Made by a program: the position numbers and the translations under genes
Assembly (NCBI GenBank): GCA_965226795.1
Contig: CBDDDZ010000005.1
Coordinates: 2,208,001 to 2,272,000, forward strand
Direction: 5' to 3'
Length of the DNA: 64,000 nt
DNA from: Candidatus Latescibacterota bacterium
GTDB taxonomy: Bacteria; Latescibacterota; UBA2968; GCA-2709665
Notes under the pieces: model-generated
What the model saw: only the letters and a program-made list of their open reading frames with translations
Databases searched by the model: none
What the model was told of the DNA's origin: nothing
Shown: positions 9,820-24,171 of the stretch, piece by piece
Position numbering within the stretch: position 1 is the stretch's first letter
Layout: every line of letters starts with the position of its first letter

Positions 9820-10135
9820 CGGCTATATCCCTCAAACGAGAACAAGAGGATTGACGCCGCTTGTTCCGGGCGCTCTCGCAGGCTCGGATGTGCGGCCGTT
9901 CGGTCATCCTGGCAGGCAACAACCTCAGGCGTTAGCCCGCCCCGGATAAAGGCCAGAATACAAAGTGATCGGTCTCTGTCCAGGACTGGGAAAACAAGAA
10001 GCTATCCATTTACGCTTTACTTGATATGGAGTGTTTCGCCGTAATTTGACTGTGTTCGCTGTGTTCGCGATTTGCTGGGTTCGTGATTCTGACGGCCTAA
10101 AGCTGAATGCTGACAGCTTGTTTACAGACCAGGGC

Positions 10136-10411
10136 TTACTTCAGCTTCACTTCCAGTTCTTTACCCAATGCCCTGGCCGCTTTTCTAAGCGTTGACAACC
10201 GAACGTCTCCAGCACGGTTTTCCAGACGGGAAATCGCTGTCTTTTTTGTATGCATCAGCCTGGCGAGTTGCTCCTGCGTTAGGCCGGCCTCTACCCGGGC
10301 CTGCCGCAGCAAAACGCCGAATTCGAATTCCTTATACCCTTCCTCGAATCCTTCTGCGAATTCAGGATCGGACTTTTTCCGTCGCGCAATATACTTTTCT
10401 ACATCACTCAT
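10136..10411 (-). CDS. XRE-family HTH antitoxin
   Basis: DPEFAEGFEEGY...ARVEAGLTQEQLA...AISRLEN...TLRKAARALG. Confidence 0.85.
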   Translation of the reverse strand: MSDVEKYIARRKKSDPEFAEGFEEGYKEFEFGVLLRQARVEAGLTQEQLARLMHTKKTAISRLENRAGDVRLSTLRKAARALGKELEVKLK

Positions 10412-10770
10412 GATTCGCGCTCCCTGCTACGATTCAGGTAATCTCGCTTATAGGCTTCAGCTCTTTTGATCTCCCGGGGATCGGTCTTTTGGGTCTTCTT
10501 CAAGTATCCATGGGTGAGGATGAGTCGGTTTCCAGGTATGAAACAGCCAAGAAAAGAGACAGCTTCCCGACTGGTTTAAATCCTGCAATTCCAGTTATCC
10601 GCCGATCCTATCAGTATCCTAAAGAAATCCGACGGAATCCGGTCAATCCGGTCCATGAGTCTAGACACCCATAAGACCCTCTGAGTTTCGTTGGGAGCCA
10701 ACCTTCCAGACAAGCCCTCAACTGGATATTTTCGTTCTCTTGTTCGATTGAATTCAACATGCATTGTCAT
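10408..10770 (-). pseudogene. RelE/ParE-like (Gp49/DUF891-type) toxin pseudogene
   Basis: VEFNRT...YPVE...QRVLWV...NWNCRI* then LILTHGYLKKTQ / REIKRAEAYKRDYL; one internal stop plus a frameshift; directly upstream of the HTH antitoxin. Confidence 0.75.
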
Positions 10771-10877
10771 TTAAAAAGATAACATATGCGTTAACTTCAT
10801 TCAACGAAAAACCCTCCGCAGGCGATTTGAATTCTTCTGGCCGTGCGAAGGGTTGCGGTTCGGCGCGCATCTCTTAC

Positions 10878-11354
10878 TCATACGCCCACGTCAAATGGTT
10901 CAACCGGTGGTCCGTTCCTGGTTAGACTCTCCAGTAGAGAATGAAGATTGCGCGGCGAGAACGTCTCTTCGGACCTGCCGATGGCGTCGATAGACCACCA
11001 GCGGAACTCGCGGAAGGCCGATGCCTCGCCGGGAGCGGCCTTCGCGTCCATGACGGGTTCGAAGTACTCGGTATGTACGAGATAATAGAATTCGTCCTGG
11101 CTGTAGTCGCGGCCATCCCACGTGAATTCGCACTGTCTGGACCAGACGAGTTGTCCCGGAGAGATCCTCGTAGCACCAGTCTCCTCCGCGACCTCCCGAC
11201 GAAGCGCATCCTCATCAGACTCACCGGGTTCCAGGCCTCCACCGGGAGTCACCCAGAACTCACATCCAGACACGGGCTCCTGAATCCTCATCAGTAATAC
11301 ATGACGGTCCGGCGTCATCATCACCGCTCGTACAACTCTTCTTCTTATCACCAT
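10878..11354 (-). CDS. NUDIX hydrolase
   Basis: Nudix box PGGGLEPGESDEDALRREVAEETG. Confidence 0.9.
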   Translation of the reverse strand: MVIRRRVVRAVMMTPDRHVLLMRIQEPVSGCEFWVTPGGGLEPGESDEDALRREVAEETGATRISPGQLVWSRQCEFTWDGRDYSQDEFYYLVHTEYFEPVMDAKAAPGEASAFREFRWWSIDAIGRSEETFSPRNLHSLLESLTRNGPPVEPFDVGV

Positions 11355-11930
11355 GGCGCCCCGTCTACTCTTTTGTATAACCTCATTAGCTGTTTCGATT
11401 GACGGCGGGTCAGTCCGTCTCAGTTTCGATGATTCACTTCCCCAGCCTGTGACGGTCTGGCCGCGGTCCTAGGTGCCAACGCCTCTGCCGAGCGCCTGGC
11501 GCTGGAGGAGTGACATTCTCTCCCTGCTGCGGCATCCGGTCACCTTGCCAAGATCACAATACGGTTAATCACGATCACGGTTAGCGAAGCAGCGGTCTTC
11601 GGAACGACTCAATGCCCATTCATGTTTGGGAGAAAAGCGAAGAGGGGGGGCCGAGGTTCAGGAAGATCGAACAGCTACAGCCCCCAAGAAGCATGCCCTA
11701 AGTGCCGGAGACATAGAAATTTCCACCTTGGGAGCGCGGTTCTGCCTTTCACCGTCTATCGTGACGACGAAGCGATACTCCTGCTCCTGGCCGTAACTCT
11801 TCTCCTTGTCAAAGTAGTAAAGGATGCCCTGCTCCCTCAGGCGACCACAACTGTATTCCCGATGTACGGGAGGATGCTGGATGTCGTAGTACTTGACCGG
11901 TCCGTAGCAAACAGTTGCAGGTCGGCCTAG

Positions 11931-13627
11931 CCTGAAAAATTCACAAAAAAGGTAGTTTCCTTACCCAAGTCATTGTATTATATTGTGGTTACGCAAATAA
12001 CCATAACACAATGAAACAGGAGGAAACTACCGTGGGAGTTCAAGATACACATCACAGGGTGTCTTTCGCAAGTCTTTCTGGTAAGCCGGTAGAAGCCACC
12101 TTCGACGGAGGCATCCTGACCAGCGACAGCGGGGTGATGCTGCTTCGTGAGGTGGAGGCCAGAACCGGGATTTTGCATAGGATGGTTGCGGCGCTCACGG
12201 ATCGTCGACATCAAAGTTACGTACATCATCAGATGATGGATCTGGTCAAACAACGTGTGTTTCAGATGGCCTGTGGATATGAGGACGCGAACGATTGCAA
12301 TACGTTGCGCGAGGATCCCGGCTTCAAGGCGGCCTGTGATCGGTTGCCGCTTTCCGGTGCGGATCTGGCCAGTCAACCCACGATGAGTCGGTTCGAGAAC
12401 CGGATCAGCAGAACCGATTTGTATCGGATCGCCAAGGCCTTTGCGGATGTGTTTGTCGCCTCGTATGAGGAACCGCCCGAAGCCATTCTGTTGGATATCG
12501 ATGACACGGAAGACAAGGTGTATGGGTCTCAACAGTTGTCGTTGTTCAATGCGTATTTCAATGGCTATTGCTACCAGCCCCTGCATATCTATGAAGGCCA
12601 GACGGGCAAGTTGATCACGACGGTCTTGCGTCCTGGCAGGCGGCCCACGGGTAAAGAGATCGTCACCATTCTCAAACGGGTGATCGCCTACCTGCGCCGC
12701 GCCTGGCCCGACGTGGCGATCCTGTTGCGCGGCGATGCTCATTTTTCGTGTCCGGAAGTGCACGCGTTGTGTGAAGACCAGAATGTGTATTTTGTCCTCG
12801 GACAAAACGGCAACGCCAAACTGCTGCGCTCGGCACAGTCCTTGATAGACCAGGCCAAAACGCTGTATGCCGCTTCGGGAAAACCCGTGCGCCTTTATCG
12901 CTGTTGGGACTATCAGGCGAAAACCTGGGCTTGTCCACAACGCATCATCTGCAAGGCGGAAGTCACCCCGCAAGGAGACAATATCCGATTCGTGGTCACC
13001 AACCTAAAGCGCGCCCAACCGTCATTCATCTACAAAACCGCCTATTGCGCACGCGGCAGGATGGAAAACTTCATCAAGAATCACAAGACCTTTCTCCATT
13101 CCGATCGCACCTCTTGTCACATCTTCCAGGCCAATCACTTCCGTCTCTTTCTCCACAGCGCCGCCTATGTCCTGATGCACGCCTTGGCACAAACCGGGTT
13201 GCGCGGCACGAAGTGGACGAACGCACAGTTCAATACCCTGCAAAACCGTCTCTTGAAAGTCGCCGGGCGCGTTTGTGAGTTGAAAACAAAAATCAGGTTC
13301 CATCTGCCAACGGCGTTTCCACTCAAACACCTTTATCGCAAGATCCTCTACAACCTGGCAACGTGTGTTCCATAACGCATCGTCGAGCTGACCGCGCCTT
13401 CACGTTTGGACCGACACGACCAACAGCCACGGAGACGTCTGTGCTCTTGACAGCGGAATTCAGAGCAAGCTGACGCCACGGAGCAAACGTGCTGCCAGCA
13501 GGCGCCGCCGACACGGCCGGGACACGCCAAATCCGTCTCAGCCCGTGCTCTTTCGTTTCTCGTCTCACTCGGAAGCTCTTTCTGCTTCCTCATACTGCAT
13601 TCCGTGACGATTCATGAATAGGTCAGG
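11931..13627 (+). mobile_element. IS1380-family insertion sequence (second, distinct element)
   Basis: Imperfect TIRs CCTGAAAAATTCAC / ATGAATAGGTCAGG; CTAG duplication at 11927-11930 and 13628-13631. Confidence 0.9.
12011..13375 (+). CDS. IS1380-family DDE transposase
   Basis: FDGGILTSDSG, GYEDAND, LDIDDT, RGDAHF, YCARGRMENFIK. Confidence 0.92.
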   Translation: MKQEETTVGVQDTHHRVSFASLSGKPVEATFDGGILTSDSGVMLLREVEARTGILHRMVAALTDRRHQSYVHHQMMDLVKQRVFQMACGYEDANDCNTLREDPGFKAACDRLPLSGADLASQPTMSRFENRISRTDLYRIAKAFADVFVASYEEPPEAILLDIDDTEDKVYGSQQLSLFNAYFNGYCYQPLHIYEGQTGKLITTVLRPGRRPTGKEIVTILKRVIAYLRRAWPDVAILLRGDAHFSCPEVHALCEDQNVYFVLGQNGNAKLLRSAQSLIDQAKTLYAASGKPVRLYRCWDYQAKTWACPQRIICKAEVTPQGDNIRFVVTNLKRAQPSFIYKTAYCARGRMENFIKNHKTFLHSDRTSCHIFQANHFRLFLHSAAYVLMHALAQTGLRGTKWTNAQFNTLQNRLLKVAGRVCELKTKIRFHLPTAFPLKHLYRKILYNLATCVP

Positions 13628-14322
13628 CTAGATGCTTAGAAGCCTCCTTTTCCAAGACCAAGGCGAATTCGTCCGCGGACACCGCAAGAATGTTCATCCA
13701 CCAGTCCCGCTTGCAATCTCTAAGAAAGAGATGCGTAGTCTGATGGATTATGGCGGTTAGGTTTGATGGTTGGGAGAGTAGGCGGCCAACATCCTCTGAA
13801 GAAGGAATCTCTCCTTTGACAAAGGACATACACAGCAGGTACCCGGTATTGTACTGCATTCGAACCAGATCGTCGGCTGTAGGCAAGACAATCCATTGTC
13901 CGTCGTTCTGGAAACTCAACTCTGCTTTCAGAGTGGCCGTCGCTTCGTCGTTGTCTCTTCTTCCTTCCTCTTCGATCTCCCTGAAGTGCTGCGGCTCCCA
14001 CAGCAGCACGGACTTCGCTACTGGTTGGTCTGCTCCTCCCACCGGTCCGGCAAGTGGATACTCCCTCCCGGTGAATCGGACCAAGAAGAAGGGCTCAGCT
14101 GTCTCAAATGTTTGTATGGAAAAAACTGCCACAGTGCTGATCCCTCCCTTCCCGATCCCAATGCCGAAGTGGGATTCGGAGCCACGTCACCCAGCAGGAG
14201 GCCGCGCCTCCGTGATAAGGCCTTCTTGTCGAGGCTGAGGCCCCTCTTTGCAGGGCCTCAGCCTGCTCGTGAGACGATGGGGGCCACCTCCATCTTCTGA
14301 TCCTGTGATCCGTGGTGCGCCG

Positions 14323-14467
14323 TCAAGGAGATGACCGGTGCAGGTCCGCGTCCTCCACGGCCTCGTAGATCACGCCGCCCTCGACATTTCGTAGCATGGG
14401 CGCCCCCGTGAGGTAGCAGACCGTCGGCGCCACGTCGATGACGCGCACGTGTCGCGCGAGGCGTCCC
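14323..14467 (-). pseudogene. Diverged duplicate of the 3' end of the phosphodiesterase gene at 21045-22946
   Basis: RLARHVRVIDVAPTVCYLTGAPMLRNVEGGVIYEAVEDADLHR vs RLERQVRVIDVAPTICYLTGAPMPNDVEGGVIYEAVKDPDLHR; 14334-14467 is colinear with 21047-21180. Confidence 0.85.
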
Positions 14468-14645
14468 GATCCGGCACGACGTTTGGCCACTTCGGCCGAC
14501 CCCACTGAACAATATCCTCGCTGCGAAATGTACCGCGAGACCTCGGACTTCCGGGAGCCATAGACTTTGTATGGGATCTTGTCAAAGGAGCCGTCGCGCC
14601 CCTACCTAAACATAACTTTCTACATGAAAATGTCACCCTATCGAA

Positions 14646-16298
14646 CTAAAGGCGGTCTACCGACCAGTTTTCTTGTAGCCACTCGTCCCATCGACGCGCG
14701 AGGTCAATTTTGGCGGCGCGTACCGCATTAGCGTAGGAGGGTTGATCACGTCGGTCTGGTAACCTGAACGGTAAGCGCACTTTCGTAATCGCTTCCAGTG
14801 CTTCTATCCGGTTCCCAAAGTTCGCTACGCGATCATTCCGAGCGTCTTCTTCGAGACCGGCTGCGATTCTGCCGGCGAATTCTGGAAAAGTCATAATGCG
14901 GGCAAGGTCAAGGGACCCAATCCGGACATCAAGACTCACATCGCTAAAGAGAGCCTCGAGGGGCCTTCGACATTTGGACCAGAGATCCGAACGGACAGAT
15001 AACAGATACACGCCACCCATCCGTACGAGTGGTGAAGCATCTCGAAACGCCCTTAGTATGAATTCCGAATTCACCAAGGATGGTGGCGCGCCTGAAAGTG
15101 CGCACAGAGACGCGGCGCGGACTTCTGCTATGGAATGCTCTGTTTGCGCGCTAATTGTCCCCGCGGCCCAATATGGGAAATCATCACCAACAAAAGACAG
15201 GACTGCATCCTTGGCTTCATCGTGATTTGAACTCGCAAGACGGGCCAACCTGTGTTTCAGGGGCTTTTTCTTCCACAATGACCAGTTTTGGTATGGGGTG
15301 TTCATTGCCTCAGCGGCGGTCTGTGGTTTGCCTTCTGCCATAGCCCCGATGACCGACACCAAGCCAGCCCCCAGATCGGACCATTCCGGTTTCTTTTGAG
15401 ACGTGCCGATTATGGCAGATTTCATTTCATAGGCTGTCCAGCCCGGTTTAGCCTGCCAGAGACACGCGGCTGCACCAAGTAGGGCGGGCCCCGAAAAGGA
15501 TGTTCCCTTTGTGCGTCCGTAGAGGGGAGGAAGGTCCTGTGGCTCTCCGTTAAGATGGTCTTCGATATCCTCTTTTTTTGGGCGTGGCAGGATGATGTTC
15601 TCGGCGGGCGCCAAAATCTCCGGTATCCATTTCCCCTCGAACGTAGTTCCCCGGTTCCCTGGAAATATCCCGGCAAAATTCGGATCCCCATGCGGAGGTA
15701 TTACGACGCCTCCCGCGCAAAGGACGGACGGGGCCGCAGCTTCGGAAGTACCGCAAGTTTCGTCGGGCCGATTCCCAGATGCGGTAACGACAAGCAACCC
15801 TTCAGCAGCCAACTCCTCACAAAGAATGCACCGCGGGTCTGTTTGCCATGGATATATGCCAGCAACAATGTGACTCCTTAGCGCCGTTATTACGCCGCGA
15901 ATCTCGTACTTCCGCCAGTTAGCCCGAATCCATTCCAAAGCCCTGATTTGGGCTGATTCACCCTGACACCCAGGTTCGCCCGGATAACCCTTGACAAGGA
16001 ACAAATCGGCTTCCGGCGCCACACCCGTGTATAGGCCACCAGATTCGGCGCCCGAACCCCCAGCTGCCGCCGCGGCACATAGCGCATGCCAGCTTCCCGT
16101 CCACGTTCCCGGTTCGCTCTCAAATACCTCGGGCGGAGACTCTGACTCAACCGTTCTCCTGATCAGGTACGAAGTACGTCGGTCATTGGTAGTGATATCG
16201 GGATGGTTAGGAAAATCACTGTCGACAACTGCAATCCTTACGTTTCTGCCCGTGAGTTCACTAGGAACCTTAAGGAATTCCCGCAATGACGACCACAT
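14646..16298 (-). CDS. S8 (subtilisin-like) serine peptidase with C-terminal HEAT-like repeats
   Basis: IAVVDSD (Asp), WHALCAA (His), ASGN oxyanion, GTSFSGP (Ser); VRAASLCAL and DASPLVRMG repeats; no signal peptide. Confidence 0.85.
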   Translation of the reverse strand: MWSSLREFLKVPSELTGRNVRIAVVDSDFPNHPDITTNDRRTSYLIRRTVESESPPEVFESEPGTWTGSWHALCAAAAAGGSGAESGGLYTGVAPEADLFLVKGYPGEPGCQGESAQIRALEWIRANWRKYEIRGVITALRSHIVAGIYPWQTDPRCILCEELAAEGLLVVTASGNRPDETCGTSEAAAPSVLCAGGVVIPPHGDPNFAGIFPGNRGTTFEGKWIPEILAPAENIILPRPKKEDIEDHLNGEPQDLPPLYGRTKGTSFSGPALLGAAACLWQAKPGWTAYEMKSAIIGTSQKKPEWSDLGAGLVSVIGAMAEGKPQTAAEAMNTPYQNWSLWKKKPLKHRLARLASSNHDEAKDAVLSFVGDDFPYWAAGTISAQTEHSIAEVRAASLCALSGAPPSLVNSEFILRAFRDASPLVRMGGVYLLSVRSDLWSKCRRPLEALFSDVSLDVRIGSLDLARIMTFPEFAGRIAAGLEEDARNDRVANFGNRIEALEAITKVRLPFRLPDRRDQPSYANAVRAAKIDLARRWDEWLQENWSVDRL

Positions 16299-17096
16299 TT
16301 TCGTTCCCTTCTGTAAGGTCGATTATCACATCCCAAAGGTTGCAGCGGTCTTTGGCCACTACAAGCACTCTGTGATTTACAATCTCACGGTTGCATCCTG
16401 CTGTCCCATTGAAAAGTAGCCAAGTACACCTCAAGACTGCAAGAGTATCTACCAATTCGGCACGATCCTTCCGAATTCCCCTATTCTCGTAGTCCAATCC
16501 TGGATCAAGGACTTTGCAGTCGTAAATCCGTCTTCCGTAACGCTGGATAAGGTGGGTACCGCGTGGGCAAATCTTCCGGTGCCAACTGGTGTATCAGACG
16601 GGAAATATTCGTGCCAGCTCCAATTCCTGTTTTTCTGCGATACGACCTGAATCGAACGACATAATTTGACGATTGCAAACTACCTACTGAATATGCTATT
16701 TAAGTGTCTCAAAATCAAGTCCCCCCTCCCCCAATTCTGAATACCGAATTTGGCAACTGATCTGCAAAATTACCTGTTATTAAACATCTTATGAAAAAGA
16801 TAGAAAGACGCAGAATTCTTGTGAATTCCTATATGCAATGCATTGCACGAATTATGGTGGGACAGTTTGGAATTATCCGCAGGTGGAGGGTCGATTACAA
16901 TAGAATCTGCGAAATGCGGCGGGCGCGTTCAGGGAATTTGCGGGGGAACCGTGCAGGTCTAATGTGCGCTCGTCCGGTGTGGATCGAGGCACCGTTTATC
17001 CGAAGAATCCTGCAAGCAGGACTGATACACAATTCAATCCCGGATCAGGACAACGGTAGACACAGGAAAGTACCGATATGCGCCGCTCTCCCGAGT

Positions 17097-20280
<3,184 letters not shown>

Positions 20281-20687
20281 GACTTGCGTCCCAGTTTGAT
20301 CTGCTTGGCGACCCCGAGCAATGATAATTTCAGAAGACGATAGATTAAACCAAAAATATCAAAAACCGTGCCAAATTACCATGTACATATTTTTCAGGGA
20401 GTTATACAGTGGGGAGGATATCTCATTAATCTGAAGGTGTTCATTAATGATACAGTGATGTCCGAAAACGGACACTCGGGAGGTGCCGCGGTGGGTTTGC
20501 GGGAGATGGATGCCACGGTGCGTGTTCAGGGAACGTCGGCGTATTCGGCCGCTGAGTTCATTGCCGCCGTCAAGACGATGCCTGTCCCGAGTCGATTGGC
20601 GCGAGGTAGGGACTTCAAATGACACAGAAGGAGCGAAGGATCGCTCCTGATATTCCGGGGACGCCGGAATCCGGTGGGCTGAACATC

Positions 20688-21010
20688 CTATATCAGACCG
20701 AGGTCCTCATAGATGGCGCTGTTGGTCTCTCTATTGCGGACTTGATGGGCATCCTCTCCAGGTGTGCCGTTGAAAATGCATACGACAACCAGGCTCGCAT
20801 CGGGATCCACGAAGGCGATCGACGACTGGTAACCCGCATTTCCAAACGCGCGCGGAGAGGCGTATCGCCCGAACCCGTACGGAACCGACTCTTTGCCGTA
20901 GCTGTTCGAGTTGACATAGAATCCCAGTCCCATGTCCACGATATGACCCAGGACTTCGTCCTTCATGCCGGTTCGATGGCGGGCGGTGATCGCTTCAACG
21001 GTCCGGGGAA
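20688..21010 (-). pseudogene. Serine hydrolase (beta-lactamase family) C-terminal fragment
   Basis: PRTVEAITARHRTGM...GLGF...ASPRAFGNAG...FVDPDASLVV; N-terminal SxxK region absent. Confidence 0.7.
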
Positions 21011-21044
21011 GAAGAAGCCTCTTCCCTTTGAACTGACCGGGCGC

Positions 21045-22946
21045 CTACCGGTGCAGGTCCGGGTCCTTCACGGCCTCGTAGATCACCCCACCCTCGACGT
21101 CGTTCGGCATGGGCGCCCCCGTGAGGTAGCAGATCGTGGGCGCCACGTCGATGACGCGCACCTGGCGCTCGAGGCGCCCCCCGGAGCGCACACCGGCGCC
21201 GGCGGCGATGAAGGTCGAGTGTTGGCCGGCCATGCCGAAGGTCACCGAGGGGAGCTGTTTCCCGTGGGCGCCGTCGAACTCGGGGCGCAGGGCGTAGACC
21301 ACGTCACCCACGCGGTCCGACCACAGGTTCACCATCTCCGCGTCCTCCCGGGTGAGCGCGAGGGCGAAAGGACGCCGCCCCGTCTCCGGGTCCTCGTAGT
21401 CGTGTAGCGCCCGGATAATCTCCCGGCAAACGGCGTCGTAGTCCGCGGGATCGACGATACCGCCGGGCTCCCGCCCCTTCAGGTTCACGAAGATGTGCAC
21501 CAGGCCGACGTCGGCCGCCCGGGTGCGCGTCCAGTCGATGCACCGGTTGCGGCCGCGGCCCTCGTATTTCAGGAACCCGGCCTGCGCCAGCACCGCGGCG
21601 ACGTTGACGACGGTATGCTGCTGGGAGGTGCCGCCGTGATCGGAGACCACGAAGAAGGCGGTGTCGTCCCCCGCCAGCCGGCGCAGGCGGCCAATCCAGC
21701 GGTCGATGGAGGCGTAGGTGCGCTCAACCCCTTCGCGGCAGCGCCTCTGCACCGCCGGCGGCGCCCCGGAGTGGGGATCGGCGGCGCGCAGGAAGAAGTG
21801 GCTGGTATAGTCCGAGGCGTGGGTCTCCGTCATCAGCAGGTCCCAGTCCCCGGAGCCGGCGAGGTGCTCGGCCACGTCGGCCAGGCGCTGGTGGTGGAAC
21901 TCGAGCAGTTCGAAGTAGGTGTCGTCGTCGATCAGGCCGAGGGCGTCGCGGCCCGGGTTCTGCAGGAAGTTGCCCACGTGCCGGTCGATGTCGCGGGCTA
22001 CGGAGGCGGGCTTCGTATAGCCGTCGGGCGGCCAGATCTGGGGGATAAAGAGCTCGAAGGCGTCGGCCTCCGGCGTCAGCGTGATCAGCTTGGCCCGCAC
22101 GTACCCGCGCACCTTCCGGCCGTCGATCTCGAAGCGGTCCAGCCACCACTCGCTCCACTCCCCCACTCCCAGGTCGGCCAGCGGCCGGGCGGCATCCTTC
22201 GACCGGCAGAGGCGCACCCGGTCGTAGCCGCCGGCTCCGCTGGCGTAGATCAGGGCGTGCAGCGGCACGGGGGCGCCCTCCCGGCCCCGGTTCATGCCCT
22301 CGCGGCCCCTCGCCAGGGGCTGGATGGTGAGGACCGCCTCCTTCGCCGGCCTCGTCGATTCGGGCGCTCCGGTCCAGCCCACAGCGTCGACCAGAGTCAC
22401 GGGGTCGAACTCGCGCACCCCCTGCAGGGCGCTCGGGTCCAGGCTCTCCGGGTCGCGCTGGGCCTCGAGCCGCCTCGGCGCCCACTTGCCGCCGACGAAA
22501 AGGTGATAGCCCGCCACCTGGTGGTGGTTGGAGACGCCGGGGCCGGTGCCCTCCACCTGTACCCCCGAGCGCACCGTGGGCGGCCACGACATCTCCCACT
22601 TTACGAGAATCGGCTTCCGGCCGCCACGCTCGAAGGCGTTCCAGATGTACTCCGAGCGCGACAGGGAGGTGTCGATGCCCCAGAGCGTTCGGTCCAGGGG
22701 CTCGCCCACGTGGCGGATGTTGAAGTCCAGGATTCCGTGTGTGCCCGGCCACGAGCCGGTGGACAGGGCCGTCCAGCCCGGCGGCGTGAGGGTTGGGAAG
22801 ACGCCGACCATGGGCCGCCAGACGCCCGCCTTCATCAGGGCGCGCACGTTGGGCATGTGGCCGGCATCGGCCATGTTCTTCACCAGCTCCATGCTGGCGC
22901 CGTCCATTCCGGCGACGATGGCGCGCCGGGCGCGAGCCGTACTCAT
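21045..22946 (-). CDS. Alkaline phosphatase superfamily protein (type I phosphodiesterase/nucleotide pyrophosphatase)
   Basis: VAGMDG, FPTLTPPGWTALSTG, VVSDHG, DVAPTI; visibly higher GC than neighbours. Confidence 0.9.
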   Translation of the reverse strand: MSTARARRAIVAGMDGASMELVKNMADAGHMPNVRALMKAGVWRPMVGVFPTLTPPGWTALSTGSWPGTHGILDFNIRHVGEPLDRTLWGIDTSLSRSEYIWNAFERGGRKPILVKWEMSWPPTVRSGVQVEGTGPGVSNHHQVAGYHLFVGGKWAPRRLEAQRDPESLDPSALQGVREFDPVTLVDAVGWTGAPESTRPAKEAVLTIQPLARGREGMNRGREGAPVPLHALIYASGAGGYDRVRLCRSKDAARPLADLGVGEWSEWWLDRFEIDGRKVRGYVRAKLITLTPEADAFELFIPQIWPPDGYTKPASVARDIDRHVGNFLQNPGRDALGLIDDDTYFELLEFHHQRLADVAEHLAGSGDWDLLMTETHASDYTSHFFLRAADPHSGAPPAVQRRCREGVERTYASIDRWIGRLRRLAGDDTAFFVVSDHGGTSQQHTVVNVAAVLAQAGFLKYEGRGRNRCIDWTRTRAADVGLVHIFVNLKGREPGGIVDPADYDAVCREIIRALHDYEDPETGRRPFALALTREDAEMVNLWSDRVGDVVYALRPEFDGAHGKQLPSVTFGMAGQHSTFIAAGAGVRSGGRLERQVRVIDVAPTICYLTGAPMPNDVEGGVIYEAVKDPDLHR

Positions 22947-22981
22947 GGGATCTCTCCTGACGTGTAAGTGAATGGGGCCCT

Positions 22982-24052
22982 TTATGGAAGACGTGGTATG
23001 ACTTCGTTCGCCATCAACGCCATCGAGCGCTTCATCTTCGCCTTGTCATCCCAGTCGTGGCCGATCATCAGCACCGTGCCGAAACCGCCGGTGACGTCGT
23101 ACAGCTCCTGCAGGCGCCTGGTTACCGTATCGGGACTGCCTACGATGGCAATCTCATCGATGATGTATTCGCGCGTAACGTCCGTATCGGACATCTCCGG
23201 ATTCATCTTCGGCAGATCCAGCATATTGGCGATTTCGAGCATGCCGCGAAGGTACACCAGCGAGTCGGCGAAGGCGCCGCCGAGGGCGTGCTCGCGAGCC
23301 TGGGCATCGGTCTCGCCGACGTAGATGCTGCGTGAAATCCGCCAGTCGCCCCGGTCCGGTTCGTCCCGCCCCCCTTCCACGGCCCCCTGGGAGTACATCT
23401 CCCAATGCCGTTTCACCTTGTGCGACGGCGCCATATTGATGCTGATCGGCAGAAACCCGCGCTTGCCGGCTGTGGTGGCCGCCATCGATTCCTCCTTCAC
23501 GATGCTCATGGCGATGGGTGGATGGGGCTTCTGATACGGCTTCAACACCTCCCCCAATCCGAGCTCCGGGACCTTCTCCGTCATCGCGACGTTCCAGAAA
23601 TCCCCCTTGAACTCGAACGGGCCGTCTTCGGTCCACAGTTTCAGGACGATGTCCATCGCCTCGAGGTTCATCAGCCCCTGGGTGCGCGGATCAGGCAGAT
23701 CGAACAGCGGCCAGTCGGTCGGTACGCCCCCCTGCCCGAAGCCGACGTTGATGCGTCCCCGGGACAGGTGATCGAGATAGGCGAGTCGGACCGCCACGTT
23801 CGCCGGGTGATGCTGCGTCATGATGGTGACCCCCGTGCCCAGACGGATCCTCTCCGTCTGCGGCAGGACGTGGGCGATGAACAGATCGTTGGCGGGAATC
23901 GGCTCCCACATCGCGGTATGGTGCTGGCCGACCCAGGCCTCGGCGAATCCGAGCTCCTCGGCCCACAGCACGCACTCGATATCTTCTTCGAATGTCTGGG
24001 TGCGGTTCTTTTGCGGCGGATGCAGTGGCATCATGAACGTTCCGATTTTCAT
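22982..24052 (-). CDS. LLM-class flavin-dependent oxidoreductase (luciferase-like)
   Basis: MKIGTFMMPLHPP, AWVGQHH, IRLGTGV, DHLSRGR, PYQKPHPPI. Confidence 0.9.
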   Translation of the reverse strand: MKIGTFMMPLHPPQKNRTQTFEEDIECVLWAEELGFAEAWVGQHHTAMWEPIPANDLFIAHVLPQTERIRLGTGVTIMTQHHPANVAVRLAYLDHLSRGRINVGFGQGGVPTDWPLFDLPDPRTQGLMNLEAMDIVLKLWTEDGPFEFKGDFWNVAMTEKVPELGLGEVLKPYQKPHPPIAMSIVKEESMAATTAGKRGFLPISINMAPSHKVKRHWEMYSQGAVEGGRDEPDRGDWRISRSIYVGETDAQAREHALGGAFADSLVYLRGMLEIANMLDLPKMNPEMSDTDVTREYIIDEIAIVGSPDTVTRRLQELYDVTGGFGTVLMIGHDWDDKAKMKRSMALMANEVIPRLP

Positions 24053-24171
24053 TTTTTCGTTCTCCCGAACAACCTGAACCCATTGCCTGTTGTAGTCCTC
24101 TTCTTCATTCACCGTCTACAACTTCGTGCAGACCGCAGTCCTCTTATTCCTTATGCGGCCGCTTTCCCGAC

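Larger units (their letters stand above)
11658..14132 (-). pseudogene. DUF2971-like protein split by IS1380
   Basis: Removing the IS and one CTAG rejoins ...ASKHL|GRPATVCYGPVKYYD...FDKEKSYGQEQEYRFVV...RSS* in frame. Confidence 0.7.

Noticed and set aside
9836..9905. Possible attC (GAAC...GTTCGG)
   Set aside because: L boxes do not pair in either orientation
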